Shown: positions 40,866 to 52,200, numbered from the stretch's first letter. The stretch: DNA of 64,000 nucleotides from Candidatus Thorarchaeota archaeon (GCA_046482545.1 JAWOEX010000038.1:1-64000); one strand, 5' to 3'. Numbers and translations are program-made. Notes: a model not told the origin generated them from the letters alone.

Positions 40866-43727
40866 CTAAATCCAATCGCCTGTTTCTAGTTTAGCCGGAA
40901 GATACTCATCAGTGAGGTAGTTAAACCCATGACTTGCGAACGCCTGTATCTCCGCTTTTTCTTTCATCTTGAGCATGAGCTCTAAGTCCCGTACCCATTC
41001 CTTGTTCTTCTGTACGAATGGCTCGTCCAACATCTGTTTAACCCTCCGAATGTCTGAGTCCTCCATCCTGATACGCACCGCTTTCGGGATTTTGTATTCC
41101 TCAAGATCACGGCTCAATACACCCAGAAGTTTCAATTCAGGAGTGGCAATGAATGGCGATTCATAGCTTAACCGTTTGCTGCCCCGCAAGAAGATGGAAT
41201 ATATGTAATGCCCATACGGGTCAGAGTCGACAAGTGCAAATGCTGGAATCTGCAATTCCCTCACCAGCATCTTGAGAAAGGCACGTGTGGCTATGTCACC
41301 AGTACCCTTCCCAGTTAGAATGATACAGGGTTGACGCTCCCAATACTTAGCCTCAGCTAATCTCATCATGGCTGCGTCTTTCTCTGAGAGGATGATAAAC
41401 TCAGCATCACTTTCCACAATTTCAACCTGATCAAGAAAAGGCGTAATAGACCAGCCACCAGTACCCATTTTGGTGAGATCCAGACGGTCACCACCATCTC
41501 GCAGCACAACTCGGCCCATAGCGGAACCTCGCGCTGAAGCAACAACGTGAATACTATCACGTGTAGTCTGGAGCATGGAAGCTACATCTTCAATTGTTTT
41601 GTCGCTATATTTCTGATCTCTGAAAAGGTTCACGTCACTGTAGAAGACTTCTCGTTTCGTAGCGTGGAGATTATCACGCAGCAACTCATATACGATTTCC
41701 ATGACTCTAGCAGTTCGAGTTGCATCAAGAACTGATCCGAGTGAATGATAGGGCCGTGAAATCTTTCGGGTTCCTAGAAGAAGTAAATCGCGAACTTGAT
41801 CCCAAACGATATTGTCGGCTGAACGGCTAGGAATCTCAAAGACTGGACGCCCGGTCATCATAGCTTCATCTAGGACGGTTCGAACTTCATCGACAAGCCG
41901 TTCGCTTGTTTCCTCAGCGCTCAGCGCCACGACTTCCATGGTTTCACGAGTACGAGCAGATTCCTCTTTCTCTTTCTCCTTGGCCGCCTCCATCATCTGC
42001 TCGGTCTCTTTCCAAGACTCTACCATCTGATGGCGGAACTGTCTTACTGAATCAGGTACGTCGAGACCAGAATCCTTCCGTATAATCGATTCTCTTGCCT
42101 CTTTCAGTTTCTTTACAGAAGTACTGACAATCGGGATGCGCGGGCCAGAAACAATCTTCATTCCCTGTTCTTCGACCACTCCACCGCGATCCACAACCTC
42201 CTTGGCAGTTTCGATGAGTTTCTTACCGCCTTTTTCTCCGATTCCATCTACATCCTTAGCCAAATCAGAAGGAGATGCTGACACTATTTTCGGTATAGTA
42301 TCATAACCCTTGGAAATGAGATTTTTTGCGGTCTTCGGGCCAATGCCTTCAAGGTCAGTAAGTTCGACATCATCCAAATCAGCAGCATCGGCTCGTTCAA
42401 AAGCCACAGTTTGCGAAGCTAACTGGACCACCTTGTGGGCGCTCTTCTTTCCTATGCCTTCCACCTCATCGGCAAGTTCATCGGGGTCACAAGCTGCTAG
42501 TTCTGCTATTGAGCTATAGCCTGCTTTTTTGAGAAGATCTGCCGTCTTCGCACCAACGCCTTGCAAATCTACGAGGTCATAATCAGAGACTATCTCCTTT
42601 GCCTGTCTTAACCTAAAGAGCTTCTGAGCAGATGCCACTATATTCTGAGCACCCTTATCTCCTACACCTGTAACGAACCGAGTGAGAGTCGTTGAATCTG
42701 ATGTAGCAATCTTCTCGAGAGTAGCGTATCCAGCCGCTCTGAGATTCTCAGCAGTTTTCGCGCCCACACCATCTAATTGAATCAAATCAAAGGTTTCCTT
42801 GTCCTCTTCGGAGGGTCTGGGTCCTTTCGTCTTTGCAATTTTCTTTGCTGAGGCAACTATGTTTTCGGCACCTTTCCTTCCTACACCATCTACTGAATCT
42901 GACAATTCGTTCGGCATGGTATCGGCAATCTTGAATACGGTATCGTAACCTGCTTCTCTGAGACTTTCTGCTGTTTTTGCTCCCACCCCATCAAGTTCTG
43001 TCAATTCATCGCCAGCAGCTTCTTTCTTGGCGGATTTTGGTTTCTTCTCTCGCCATAGTTTCCTTGCAGATTTCAACATCTGTTCAGATCCCTTCTTACC
43101 CACACCAGGAACAGAAACCAGTTCCTCTGCTTCTGCTTTTGCGACAGATTCTATGGAATCAAAACCAGATTCTATTAGGTTCTCCGCGGTCTTTCCCCCT
43201 ACAGCGTCTAGCTGCTTTAGTTCAGCTATCTCTTTCTTGGGTTTTGGCTTCATCTTCCGCCAGAGTTTTTTTGCTGCTGCCAGAATCTGCTTTGCACCCT
43301 TTCTACCCACACCAGAAACAGATGCCAGCTCTTTCTCGTTTGCATTCGCAATGGCCTCTATTGAATCATAACCAGCGTTTATGAGATTCTCTGCAGTCTT
43401 TCCCCCCACACCATCAAGTTTCGATAGTTTGTTTATTTTTTCCATAGGTTTTGGCCTAATCTCATCCCAGAGCTTTGTTGCCGCTGCCAGAATTTGTTTT
43501 GCCCCTTTCTTGCCCACACCAGGAACAGAGGCAAGCTCTTTTTTATTTGCATTTGCAATGGCCTCTATTGAATCAAAACCAGATTCTATTAAGTTCGCCG
43601 CGGTTTTTTTTCCCACACCATCAAGTTCTGTCAGTGACACCGTTGAATTCCTTCCGTTCTGTTCAGTCTTTGGTTTATCATGTTCTAGTAATGTTGATTG
43701 ACGAAACTCAGGTCTCCCTGGCGTCAT
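40866..43727 (-). CDS. top6A: DNA topoisomerase VI subunit A with seven N-terminal (HhH)2 domains
   Basis: ATKREVFY (catalytic Tyr), SEKDA, TGKG, DSDPYG, KAEIQA. The N-terminus has repeats of L..LDGVG.KTA.NL...GY. Confidence 0.93.
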   Translation of the reverse strand: MTPGRPEFRQSTLLEHDKPKTEQNGRNSTVSLTELDGVGKKTAANLIESGFDSIEAIANANKKELASVPGVGKKGAKQILAAATKLWDEIRPKPMEKINKLSKLDGVGGKTAENLINAGYDSIEAIANANEKELASVSGVGRKGAKQILAAAKKLWRKMKPKPKKEIAELKQLDAVGGKTAENLIESGFDSIESVAKAEAEELVSVPGVGKKGSEQMLKSARKLWREKKPKSAKKEAAGDELTELDGVGAKTAESLREAGYDTVFKIADTMPNELSDSVDGVGRKGAENIVASAKKIAKTKGPRPSEEDKETFDLIQLDGVGAKTAENLRAAGYATLEKIATSDSTTLTRFVTGVGDKGAQNIVASAQKLFRLRQAKEIVSDYDLVDLQGVGAKTADLLKKAGYSSIAELAACDPDELADEVEGIGKKSAHKVVQLASQTVAFERADAADLDDVELTDLEGIGPKTAKNLISKGYDTIPKIVSASPSDLAKDVDGIGEKGGKKLIETAKEVVDRGGVVEEQGMKIVSGPRIPIVSTSVKKLKEARESIIRKDSGLDVPDSVRQFRHQMVESWKETEQMMEAAKEKEKEESARTRETMEVVALSAEETSERLVDEVRTVLDEAMMTGRPVFEIPSRSADNIVWDQVRDLLLLGTRKISRPYHSLGSVLDATRTARVMEIVYELLRDNLHATKREVFYSDVNLFRDQKYSDKTIEDVASMLQTTRDSIHVVASARGSAMGRVVLRDGGDRLDLTKMGTGGWSITPFLDQVEIVESDAEFIILSEKDAAMMRLAEAKYWERQPCIILTGKGTGDIATRAFLKMLVRELQIPAFALVDSDPYGHYIYSIFLRGSKRLSYESPFIATPELKLLGVLSRDLEEYKIPKAVRIRMEDSDIRRVKQMLDEPFVQKNKEWVRDLELMLKMKEKAEIQAFASHGFNYLTDEYLPAKLETGDWI
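43020..43640 (-). repeat. Three similar tandem repeats of about 207 bp encoding (HhH)2 units 1-3 of Top6A
   Basis: Repeated strings such as GAATCAAAACCAGATTCTATTA and GCAATGGCCTCTATTGAATCA. Confidence 0.75.
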
Positions 43728-45664
43728 CAGTCACCACCTGTGGCAACATCTGCTACCAAATCGCTACCTTCGGTATCCGTTTTCGTATCCTCTTCTTCCT
43801 GCCCCTTATCGAAACCAGAAATTGAATCTCTGATTCGTTGAGCTATTGCTTCAGCATCATACTTCTGCTTACCCTCTGCGTCATTAACGATGCTCACTAA
43901 GCTATCCGCAAACTGGTCAGCATACATAGCGAGTACACCTGCTCGCTTTGCTTTCCTCCTTGCCTTCTCTTTCTTAGACATGTAACGCCTGAAGGATCTG
44001 CCGGCTTCTTCAAGTGCTAGCTTGATTTCCTTCAAGAGAACTTCATCTTCAGCCAAAGCCTGTTTGCTTTGACCTTTGAACATCACGTGCACGTAGGCAC
44101 CACAGACATGGATGAATACCAACAATGGGCCCTTTGGCAGGCCGTTGTCAAAGGTATCAAGTTTGTAGTTCTTCCAGTTTACCATTGCAGTTGCTTTCCA
44201 AGTTGCACAATCGCTGTTATCACGCATCTTGGGCACACGGTTGACAAATCGCTTCAATACCACGGGCGAAGACGACGCGGGTTTGATGTCTCCACCGTAA
44301 GCTATGCAGACCTCGACCGAGAAAGAAAGCCCCTTGCCAGACGTAGGACTTCGTGTAACAGCTGTAATGAAGTCAGGATTGTATGCCATCTGTACAGTTT
44401 GTTCAAAAACCTCTTCGCCCACAGGTACTACAGTATCCGTAGGTGGTGCGTAGTAATCTTCTGACGAAAATGATCTGTAGAGAAGTTCAACCTGCAATTT
44501 CGATAAATTGGACGGATCTTGACCAGAATCAATGATCTTGATACCCCGGTCTTCCAAAGCATCATTGGTATTCGAGATGATGTCTTTTGCCTTGCTATTG
44601 CTCATTCTCACGAATGCATTCGTCAAAAATGATTGAACAGTCCCATGCTCGGTCTCTCTGAGAATATCCTGAAATTCTCCAATGCGGATGCTGGCAGGGT
44701 GAGGTTTCGCATACTTGGGTTCTTCCGGAAATGTCTTGACTCGACGAGGGTAAATATGAAGGTCACCGTAAGGATCGATGAATACAATCGTAACATGAGA
44801 ATTCAGGAGAGAAGCCATTTCTGCATACTCGTCAGCATAGCCCCTACGATACTGAATATTCAGATAGTGCAGCTTGATATATGTACCCTGTTTGAACTGC
44901 AAATCCATCTCCTTGGGACCCGCAACGTAGTCTTTCGTATTCGCTGTCGTTGTATAATAATCAGCAACTATTGCTTTATCTGCCTTGTAATTCTTCGATA
45001 TTGTAAAAATCGGTTTTCCCGTTGTATTCTGAGCATCACTAAATGCAGAAGGAGCACCAAATCCTTGGCTACCACGAGTTTGTCTCAACTTCTCACTCTT
45101 GCTTGATGCAAGATAAATCCCGAATTTTTCGAGGTCGGAAGGCACCATACCGATGCCATTGTCAAAAATGGTGAACTCGTATACCTTGAACCCATCTTCG
45201 TCATCAATTGGGATTAGGTTGGGCATCTGGATCTCTTCAATCTGTATGACGACTAGAGGTTCTTGTTTATCAATCAGCTTCTTGAAAGGTTTGATAAAAG
45301 CCTTAAAATCTTTAATCCGTTTCTCCAAGTCCTCCTTAGGATAAGGTGGGATATTGACTTTCTTTCCCGCAAGAGCCTTCTTCTCTAATTCTTTGCTCTT
45401 AGATATGGTATCGACAAGTTCGGATTCTAGGCTTTCCACTACTTCTGCAACAAGTTCGGGATTGAGCTGGTCACTGAGTTCCGGTTTCTTTTTCGCTCGC
45501 CACCACCAGCTCTCAATGGCATCTATTGAGTTATCAAGAAACTCGATTGCATACTGTGTATGCTTATTGAGCCCAGTTTCGAAGCCAACTAATTGGGTCC
45601 GTTTGCGCATGAACTTAGCTATAGTTCCTTGCTTGATGTCACCAGTTTCTTGGCCACTTGCCAT
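43727..45664 (-). CDS. top6B: DNA topoisomerase VI subunit B
   Basis: EFLDNSIDA, DNGIGM, QTRGSQGFG, RFVNRVP, QSKQAL. An insertion of about 80 aa follows the N box. Confidence 0.95.
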   Translation of the reverse strand: MASGQETGDIKQGTIAKFMRKRTQLVGFETGLNKHTQYAIEFLDNSIDAIESWWWRAKKKPELSDQLNPELVAEVVESLESELVDTISKSKELEKKALAGKKVNIPPYPKEDLEKRIKDFKAFIKPFKKLIDKQEPLVVIQIEEIQMPNLIPIDDEDGFKVYEFTIFDNGIGMVPSDLEKFGIYLASSKSEKLRQTRGSQGFGAPSAFSDAQNTTGKPIFTISKNYKADKAIVADYYTTTANTKDYVAGPKEMDLQFKQGTYIKLHYLNIQYRRGYADEYAEMASLLNSHVTIVFIDPYGDLHIYPRRVKTFPEEPKYAKPHPASIRIGEFQDILRETEHGTVQSFLTNAFVRMSNSKAKDIISNTNDALEDRGIKIIDSGQDPSNLSKLQVELLYRSFSSEDYYAPPTDTVVPVGEEVFEQTVQMAYNPDFITAVTRSPTSGKGLSFSVEVCIAYGGDIKPASSSPVVLKRFVNRVPKMRDNSDCATWKATAMVNWKNYKLDTFDNGLPKGPLLVFIHVCGAYVHVMFKGQSKQALAEDEVLLKEIKLALEEAGRSFRRYMSKKEKARRKAKRAGVLAMYADQFADSLVSIVNDAEGKQKYDAEAIAQRIRDSISGFDKGQEEEDTKTDTEGSDLVADVATGGD

Positions 45665-45698
45665 TTTGTTTCGATACACTCCTTTGTTTGATAGATAG

Positions 45699-45858
45699 CT
45701 AGCTGGATAAGCCGGGCATTCTTGGATTGTTTCTTCTTTCCCGGCAGTTGAGAGTTGACTGATGCTTAGCGTGGTTCGGTTGTTAGGCCCAACCCACCTA
45801 GATATTAGAGAGGCTAAGGGGTTTATCTCCCTAGTTCTTATTATCGTTTTCCAGCTAG
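45699..45858 (-). promoter_or_regulatory. Structured leader (multibranch) upstream of top6B
   Basis: A 9-bp closing stem CTAGCTGGA/TCCAGCTAG encloses three hairpins. Confidence 0.4.
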
Positions 45859-46010
45859 ATATATCCGATGCACGAGAGACCTAATAAGAGGTTTATTCTT
45901 GTGTCCGGGGAATGGATACATCATTATTAGAGTTTCTAGTAGTGACGAGGTAGAGACCCATTCAACCCGAAAAACCATCATTTCAGATATATCGGTTCGA
46001 GGTTAATCTA

Positions 46011-46766
46011 TTGAACAAACGGCGAATCAAAATCCTTGGGATTCCAGTAAAGCCCCTTGTCACAAAGGGCACGAATCTCAATCAACTAATTGTCGAGGGT
46101 ATGAAGAAGGAAAACATACATTTCCAGAATGGAGATATCATCATTATCACTCATAAGATAGTCTCGAAGGCCGAAGGTAGGATAGTTAACAAGGGGGACA
46201 TCACCGTCTCAGAAAGGGCAAAGTGCATATCTGAGAGAGAAGGTTTTGATAAATATCAGGTCGAATTGGCCTTAAGAGAAAGTGAAGAGGTCATTCGAGA
46301 TAGAAGAGCTCTCATAACAGTAAACAAGAGCGGACTAGTCTGCAATTTCGCGGGTATTGACCATTCAAATGCTCCAAGAGATAGCTATATCCTTTTGCCC
46401 ACAAATCCTGATGAAAGCGCCTTGCACATACAGCAAGAGATTGTTGCATCAAGTGGCAAGGAAGTTGTGGTTATTATTACTGATACGGAAGGAAGACCTT
46501 GGAGAAAGGGGGCTGTAAACGTAGCGATAGGCTGCGCAGGAATAAACGCTCTCAAATACAACAAGCGCCGAACAGATCTTTATGGAGATACACTTCAAAG
46601 ATCCACAGTATGTCAAGTTGATGAACTGGCGTCCGCGGCAGAGCTCGTTATGGGCCAAGCGAATGAATCAGTGCCGGTAGCCATAATCAGGGGATATGAA
46701 TACGAAAAGGGCGAAGAGCATGTAGCTGACATATTTCGGTCTGCTGAAAACGATTTATTTCGATAA
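46011..46766 (+). CDS. cofE: Coenzyme F420-0:L-glutamate ligase
   Basis: HKIVSKAEGR, AGIDHSN, TDTEGRPWRKG, DELASAAELVMGQ. Confidence 0.93.
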   Translation: MNKRRIKILGIPVKPLVTKGTNLNQLIVEGMKKENIHFQNGDIIIITHKIVSKAEGRIVNKGDITVSERAKCISEREGFDKYQVELALRESEEVIRDRRALITVNKSGLVCNFAGIDHSNAPRDSYILLPTNPDESALHIQQEIVASSGKEVVVIITDTEGRPWRKGAVNVAIGCAGINALKYNKRRTDLYGDTLQRSTVCQVDELASAAELVMGQANESVPVAIIRGYEYEKGEEHVADIFRSAENDLFR

Positions 46767-46883
46767 TAATTCTACTACTTCCCGCTTGGAAAACACAATC
46801 GAGTTGCAGACCCATATCACCCATGAGTTGACCTAGCAATGCAGGCCTATTTCGTGGTTGAGAGTGTCACTCATCATGAATAA

Positions 46884-47615
46884 TCATAGTGGGGATCCAC
46901 ATTTTCCGCAGAACTTATCGCCTGCAGAGTAAGGCTCGCCACAGTCGCTGCAATAGCCGGCGACATCACCGCTGGTATCGGCTTCACTAGATTCCGCTCC
47001 AGGCTGCAGCGGAGCACCGCACTGGGGACATTTCAGTTTGCCTCCTGTTCCTGCTCCACAGTAGGGACATTTCCCCTTCTGCTTTGCACCACGAATATTG
47101 GCAATAATGGTCGGAATTACACCTTTCTGCTTGAAATCGAACCGCATGGCACCACCAGATTGTAGCTCAACAATGAGTTCATCACCGCTCTGTTGGGCTT
47201 GAGCTATTGCAATTACTGGTACAGCGACACTATCTGTATTTCCATCTTCATCAGTATTGATATATGAATCGCGATTCCACGAAGCAACGGCACCGAGCAC
47301 CGCCGCGGCTCCCATACCCCTTCCGAATCTCCTCAATGCACGACCACCGAGGCCACCAACTTCGCTGCCTATCGCGCTCAAAGCTGCTGCTCCTGCAATG
47401 GCACCAGCCACCCCGCCTACTTTTTTCAGCTTCCCCCAACGAGAAGGCTTTTTCTTCCACACAAGACGAACGTCGGTAAGCTGAATAGAACCGTCGTCAC
47501 CATCGAATTTGACATCCTTTTCGCGGACCATCGTTTTTTCATGTTGCATAGTCTGGAGGCGATTATCGTCGCCAAATGACACGTGTAGGAATCCAGGTGT
47601 TCTTCTTCTGGGCAA
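46884..47615 (-). CDS. PH/GRAM-like domain with a glycine-zipper insert and C-terminal zinc ribbons
   Basis: GSIQLTDVRLVW, a Gly/Ala-rich segment, CPYCG..CPQCG and CSDCG..CGKCG. Confidence 0.65.
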   Translation of the reverse strand: MPRRRTPGFLHVSFGDDNRLQTMQHEKTMVREKDVKFDGDDGSIQLTDVRLVWKKKPSRWGKLKKVGGVAGAIAGAAALSAIGSEVGGLGGRALRRFGRGMGAAAVLGAVASWNRDSYINTDEDGNTDSVAVPVIAIAQAQQSGDELIVELQSGGAMRFDFKQKGVIPTIIANIRGAKQKGKCPYCGAGTGGKLKCPQCGAPLQPGAESSEADTSGDVAGYCSDCGEPYSAGDKFCGKCGSPL

Positions 47616-47752
47616 TTGTCACACCTAGAGCGTGAATGAAATCTGACGTATTAACTTTATTGCCTTTGAACGTTTTTCAGGAGATTCAAACAAGCACTTA
47701 TCGGAAGTAGATTGCCCAATACACCGGATGATTGACTTGAACAACGGGAGAA

Positions 47753-49294
47753 TTAGGATGTTGGAATTGTGAAACTGAAAGTAGACCCTTCCTCAGGTCT
47801 GCTTTGGACAGATATTTCTCCTCCTTGCATTTCGACAAGTGAACGCGTAATCCAAAGGCCCAGTCCTGTGCCACGTTCTTTGGCAGTTTCGGGATTATCT
47901 GCCCGAAAGAATTTGGAAAAAATCTGATCCCTTTCATCTTCAGTTAATCCAATACCATTGTCTGCTATATCCACCCGGACATGGTCTCCCTCAGCAGCTG
48001 CAGAGATGGTAATGTTTCCATCAGAAGGAGTGTATTTGTGAGCATTTGAGACCAGATTCAATATGATTTGGGAGGTTCGTCGTTCGTCAGCTTCTACCTT
48101 TGGCACATCTTGAGGAACATCAATCGACAGCTCTTGTTTTTTTCTCTCTATCTGGGGCCTCATTTGATCCACGACTTTCTCAATAATTGCAGATATATCG
48201 AATTCGCGGATATCGAGTCTCATAGCTCCTGCCTCAATGCGTGATACCTCCAGAAGCTCATCAACCAGTTCGGACAAGTAATCTGCATTTCGACATACAG
48301 TCTCAAGGAACTCTCTTTGTTCATCTGTGAGCTCGCCAGTATCGCCGTCCAGCATCATTTCAGCGTAGCCTTTGATTGATGTAAGAGGGGTACGAAATTC
48401 GTGAGTTACTAACGAGACAAATTCGGATTTCAAACGCTCAGCTTCTCGTTCAGGAGTGATATCTCGAAAGACGACTAATTTTCCCAAATACTCATCTTCA
48501 GTATCCCGAACCGAAGATGAATAGACCTGTAACTCCCTTCTTACAGGCCACTCTTGGATGAAGGTCCTCTCTTCAGATTTATCACAATCAGACTCATCCA
48601 GAAGGAGTTCAACAATTGAGTCGTTGCCAAACACCTTTTCCCAATGCTCCACATGGTCACTGTAGGGCCTATCTAGAACTTCTGTTTCATTCACTGAGAA
48701 CATTCTGCTAAAGGATTCATTAATTCTGAGTATCTTGCCTTCTGGAGAAAGAAGCATCATGCCATCGTTTGCTGCATCCAGCATAGCACTCATTTGGCTT
48801 CTGGCATGGTCCAGCGCTTTTGCTATTTCTGTCAATTGGGCCATTGGCTGAGTCAAATCATTTTCAATAGTTCGCTTCTGAATCTCAGACATCGGACTCT
48901 TCTTAGCGGCTTTATCCTCTGTAATATCTTTTTTAATTATGAGAATGTGTGTGATACTACCATCATCACTAATGACAGGTCGTATTTCGACTGCCTCAAG
49001 ATATCTACTTCCATCTTTGCGCTGGTTAACTACCTGACCAGCCCAGATTTTACCGCTCCCAATATCTGTCCATATCTCTCTATAGAAAGATGAATCCCGT
49101 TGTCCCCGTTTGAGAATTGCTATCTGATGTCCAAAAACCTCGTTTAGTGAATATCCAGTCAGCTCGGAGTAATCTTGATTTGCCCAGATAATGGTACCGT
49201 TGGTATCAGTTATGACGATTGCTGCATCATCAACTGCTGAATCCAGTATCTTTCTCCATTCTTCATTGCTCAAGGTGGTAGGCCAATCTGCCAT
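47753..49294 (-). CDS. Cytoplasmic PAS-PAS histidine kinase (HisKA/HATPase)
   Basis: Two PAS domains, THEFRTPL, NLVSNAHKY, DNGIG, GTGLGL. The ORF extends to 49324. Confidence 0.93.
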   Translation of the reverse strand: MADWPTTLSNEEWRKILDSAVDDAAIVITDTNGTIIWANQDYSELTGYSLNEVFGHQIAILKRGQRDSSFYREIWTDIGSGKIWAGQVVNQRKDGSRYLEAVEIRPVISDDGSITHILIIKKDITEDKAAKKSPMSEIQKRTIENDLTQPMAQLTEIAKALDHARSQMSAMLDAANDGMMLLSPEGKILRINESFSRMFSVNETEVLDRPYSDHVEHWEKVFGNDSIVELLLDESDCDKSEERTFIQEWPVRRELQVYSSSVRDTEDEYLGKLVVFRDITPEREAERLKSEFVSLVTHEFRTPLTSIKGYAEMMLDGDTGELTDEQREFLETVCRNADYLSELVDELLEVSRIEAGAMRLDIREFDISAIIEKVVDQMRPQIERKKQELSIDVPQDVPKVEADERRTSQIILNLVSNAHKYTPSDGNITISAAAEGDHVRVDIADNGIGLTEDERDQIFSKFFRADNPETAKERGTGLGLWITRSLVEMQGGEISVQSRPEEGSTFSFTIPTS

Positions 49295-49299
49295 CTTGA

Positions 49300-52200
49300 T
49301 CACCGGATTACTTCCCGAATCCACCCTTCTACAATAGTAGCATCACATCCCTTAAGCATCTTGACAAGATGAATCCTAAGTGTGGTTGGAGAGTATTTAC
49401 GAGGGTCTTCAACATAGATGAAAGGGCTGTGGTCTGCACCCTTGCAATACTCCCCTGTAAGAGGATTTACAGAGAAGTTATGAGAGTGTTTTCTTGACAC
49501 AGCACTTCTACGTCGCCATTTCTCTGTCCTGCGGTCAAACCTAATTTGGCTCGTACTACCGTAGGCTTTGACTAATTCGTAAATATGTGTGACTTTGTTG
49601 CGGAGCATCATCAGCTCCACCGCGAGCTTGATTCGCTCTTCATCGGTGAAAAGCCTCAAATCACCTTTCCGAACTTTCCAGACAACAGAATCTTTGAAGC
49701 CTTCATCGTGAATATAGATACTGGCGTTCTTAATCACTTCAAGCATCAAGTTTTGAGTTGGTTTGTCAAGACGAATAGGTGATGTATTCTTTTCATTAGA
49801 AGATTTTGAGCCTGAGTCATTCTTTTCCGTATCTCCCCTGCGAGAGCCCAATAGAAACATCATTGCCTCATAACAATCGGTATCCCAACTATCCAAGGCT
49901 CTCATTGTTCTACCGCGCAATTGCTGCCAAGCTGTAACGTTTCGAGTGGCAGTTGCATCAATAAGTAGATTAGGAGTTGTTACATCCCAACCCGTTCGAG
50001 CCCAACGGGACACGATTATGACGTTTATGCGAAGATTATTCGCATCCACAATCCGAGCGGCAAGGTCGTACATTAGTTGCTGCTTCTTTCCTTGAGCCAT
50101 CTCAACAACATAGAATCTCTGTCTATCTCCGCTGGGCTGTTCGAGTTCGGATTCCATGGCATCAGAGAAGCGAGAAGCGATAAGGGCGTAATCAAAGAAG
50201 CTCCTCATCCATTTCTCCAAATGTGGGTAGCTTTCATCCAAACGCGAAAGCAATGTGTCTTGTTCTCGAAGACCTAGCTCCTTAACAGCTTCTTGAAGAG
50301 GATGGAGGACCTCGGTATCGAATTCAACAGGACGCCATGCTCCGACAGCATCCAGACCCTCAATGTAACTCTGAATAATTTCGTCAAAAGTAATCCTAAA
50401 CGATTGTAGGTGCTTCTGAGGCATCCGAATACTCTGGGTAAGAAGACCAAATAATGTCTCGCCCAGTTCTGAACCCATGATATTACGTCTTATGAAAGAA
50501 GCTATTTTATCAGGAACTGACTGTTTTTCGGAGAATGGCAAATACATCTCACTTGAGAGTACTGCCATCGGAGAGAGACCACGTTGTCCCAGCATCTGAG
50601 CGAAGATGCCAGCAACGCCAGAATAACCCGGCTCAGCTACGTTAGACTTCCAGTCAAGAGTCTTTCCTCTCCCGAAAATAATTACACTATTTAGATCTCG
50701 TGCCTGCCGTTCGGCTTTTATGATTGCGCTGATGGCTTCAACCCTTCCCTCGCCCATGCGATAGTACAGAGACCGGAGGATGCTGTATAAGCCCGCAATA
50801 GTGCTCGCTAGAATATCTTGCACTCGTTGTTCTAGTTCTTTTTTCGTTGGAATCGACTTATATGACTCTAAGAAGCCTTCAGCATCAATACTTTTCCCAA
50901 AACCCTTGACTCTGAGCTTGGATGCGATATTTGAACTATAAAGGAAATCAAGAAGGCTCAAACGAACATTTCTGAACTTGATAAGTAGTCTACGAAACCT
51001 AATCATCGTCTCTTGTTGCGTTCTTGAAAGGTCGCCAACTAGCTTCCGGCGGACAAGGGCTTCATCGGATAGATTATTGGCGATTTGAACCATGCTGATT
51101 AGCGAGAGCTCGTTAAGTCCCAACTCCCCGTCTGTTTTCCATCTCCCAAATCGAGCTTTAATTGCGTCTCGCTGATCCTTTCGATAAGAATACATATCCA
51201 GAATGTCACGAGCAATAGTCATTCTTTGACTAAATGGAATATCAGCGAAGACATTTCGTAAGAAATGCGATCCTAACAAATCTATGTAGTCCCTCAGAAG
51301 AGACTTGTAACGACTAAGCAGTGACCGGATTTTGCGTTCTCTGTCAGAATATGTGAATGGTACACCAAATTCGCCGAAGGGGGCCACAAAGCCATACGCA
51401 ATGAGATCGACAGCAGGCACCACATAGACTAGTTCGAGGCCAAGCTCATGGAAACGTTCACGGAAGGCTTTGGCTGTGCCTGAAAAACCTATGAGACCTT
51501 CCATGCTACCATCGTTAAGCCAGTCAACTAGCAGTCGTGCGACAGCCGCAGAAACCCCATTCATGTCCTGCACGACCTTGTGCACTTCGTCCAAAATGAC
51601 ATAGCGTGTGTTGCTACCCTGAAGGAAACGTTCTACTGATATCTTGTCGAATCCGCCTTTGCCTTTTGGTGAACCCAGCTGAGCAAGTCCAGCATACGTC
51701 ATAATCAGGACCACGGGTGGGTTTTTCGATTTCTCACGCTTCATTCTGTAATCAGTTGGTGTGCCTGCAAAGACATCGTCAGGCGATAAGTGGAGTCCAA
51801 TGGACTTGTAGCAAAGTTCGCGCACCCACTGCTGCTCATAATTCATTGTGGGCACGAGCACCAGAATCGATTCACTTGGAGAAGCAGTTTTCAACCAATC
51901 CTGGATAGCCATCATACCAATCAGTGTTTTTCCCGAGCCAGTAGGAGCCTCGATCAGGGGACCCTGATATCCATGACCACGGAAAATAGTAAAGGCATCA
52001 CGTTGATACGGTCGGGGAATTGATGAGCCGATTAAATCGCTATAATGCCATTGTTCCATCTCTGGCTTTTCCGATTCCGGACCAAGTAGGTCGGTAATGG
52101 TAGCAAGGAACAGTTCCGAAACCAAGCCCCCCGTATCGGTCATCTCTTCGAAAAAACGTTTGAATTCAGCGGCCTTGTTATTTATATTGGATATACCTGG

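Noticed and set aside
36109-45664. Inteins or further introns in radA, top6A and top6B
   Set aside because: The frames are continuous and show no intein termini. Short in-frame BHB introns cannot be excluded without a computational scan.
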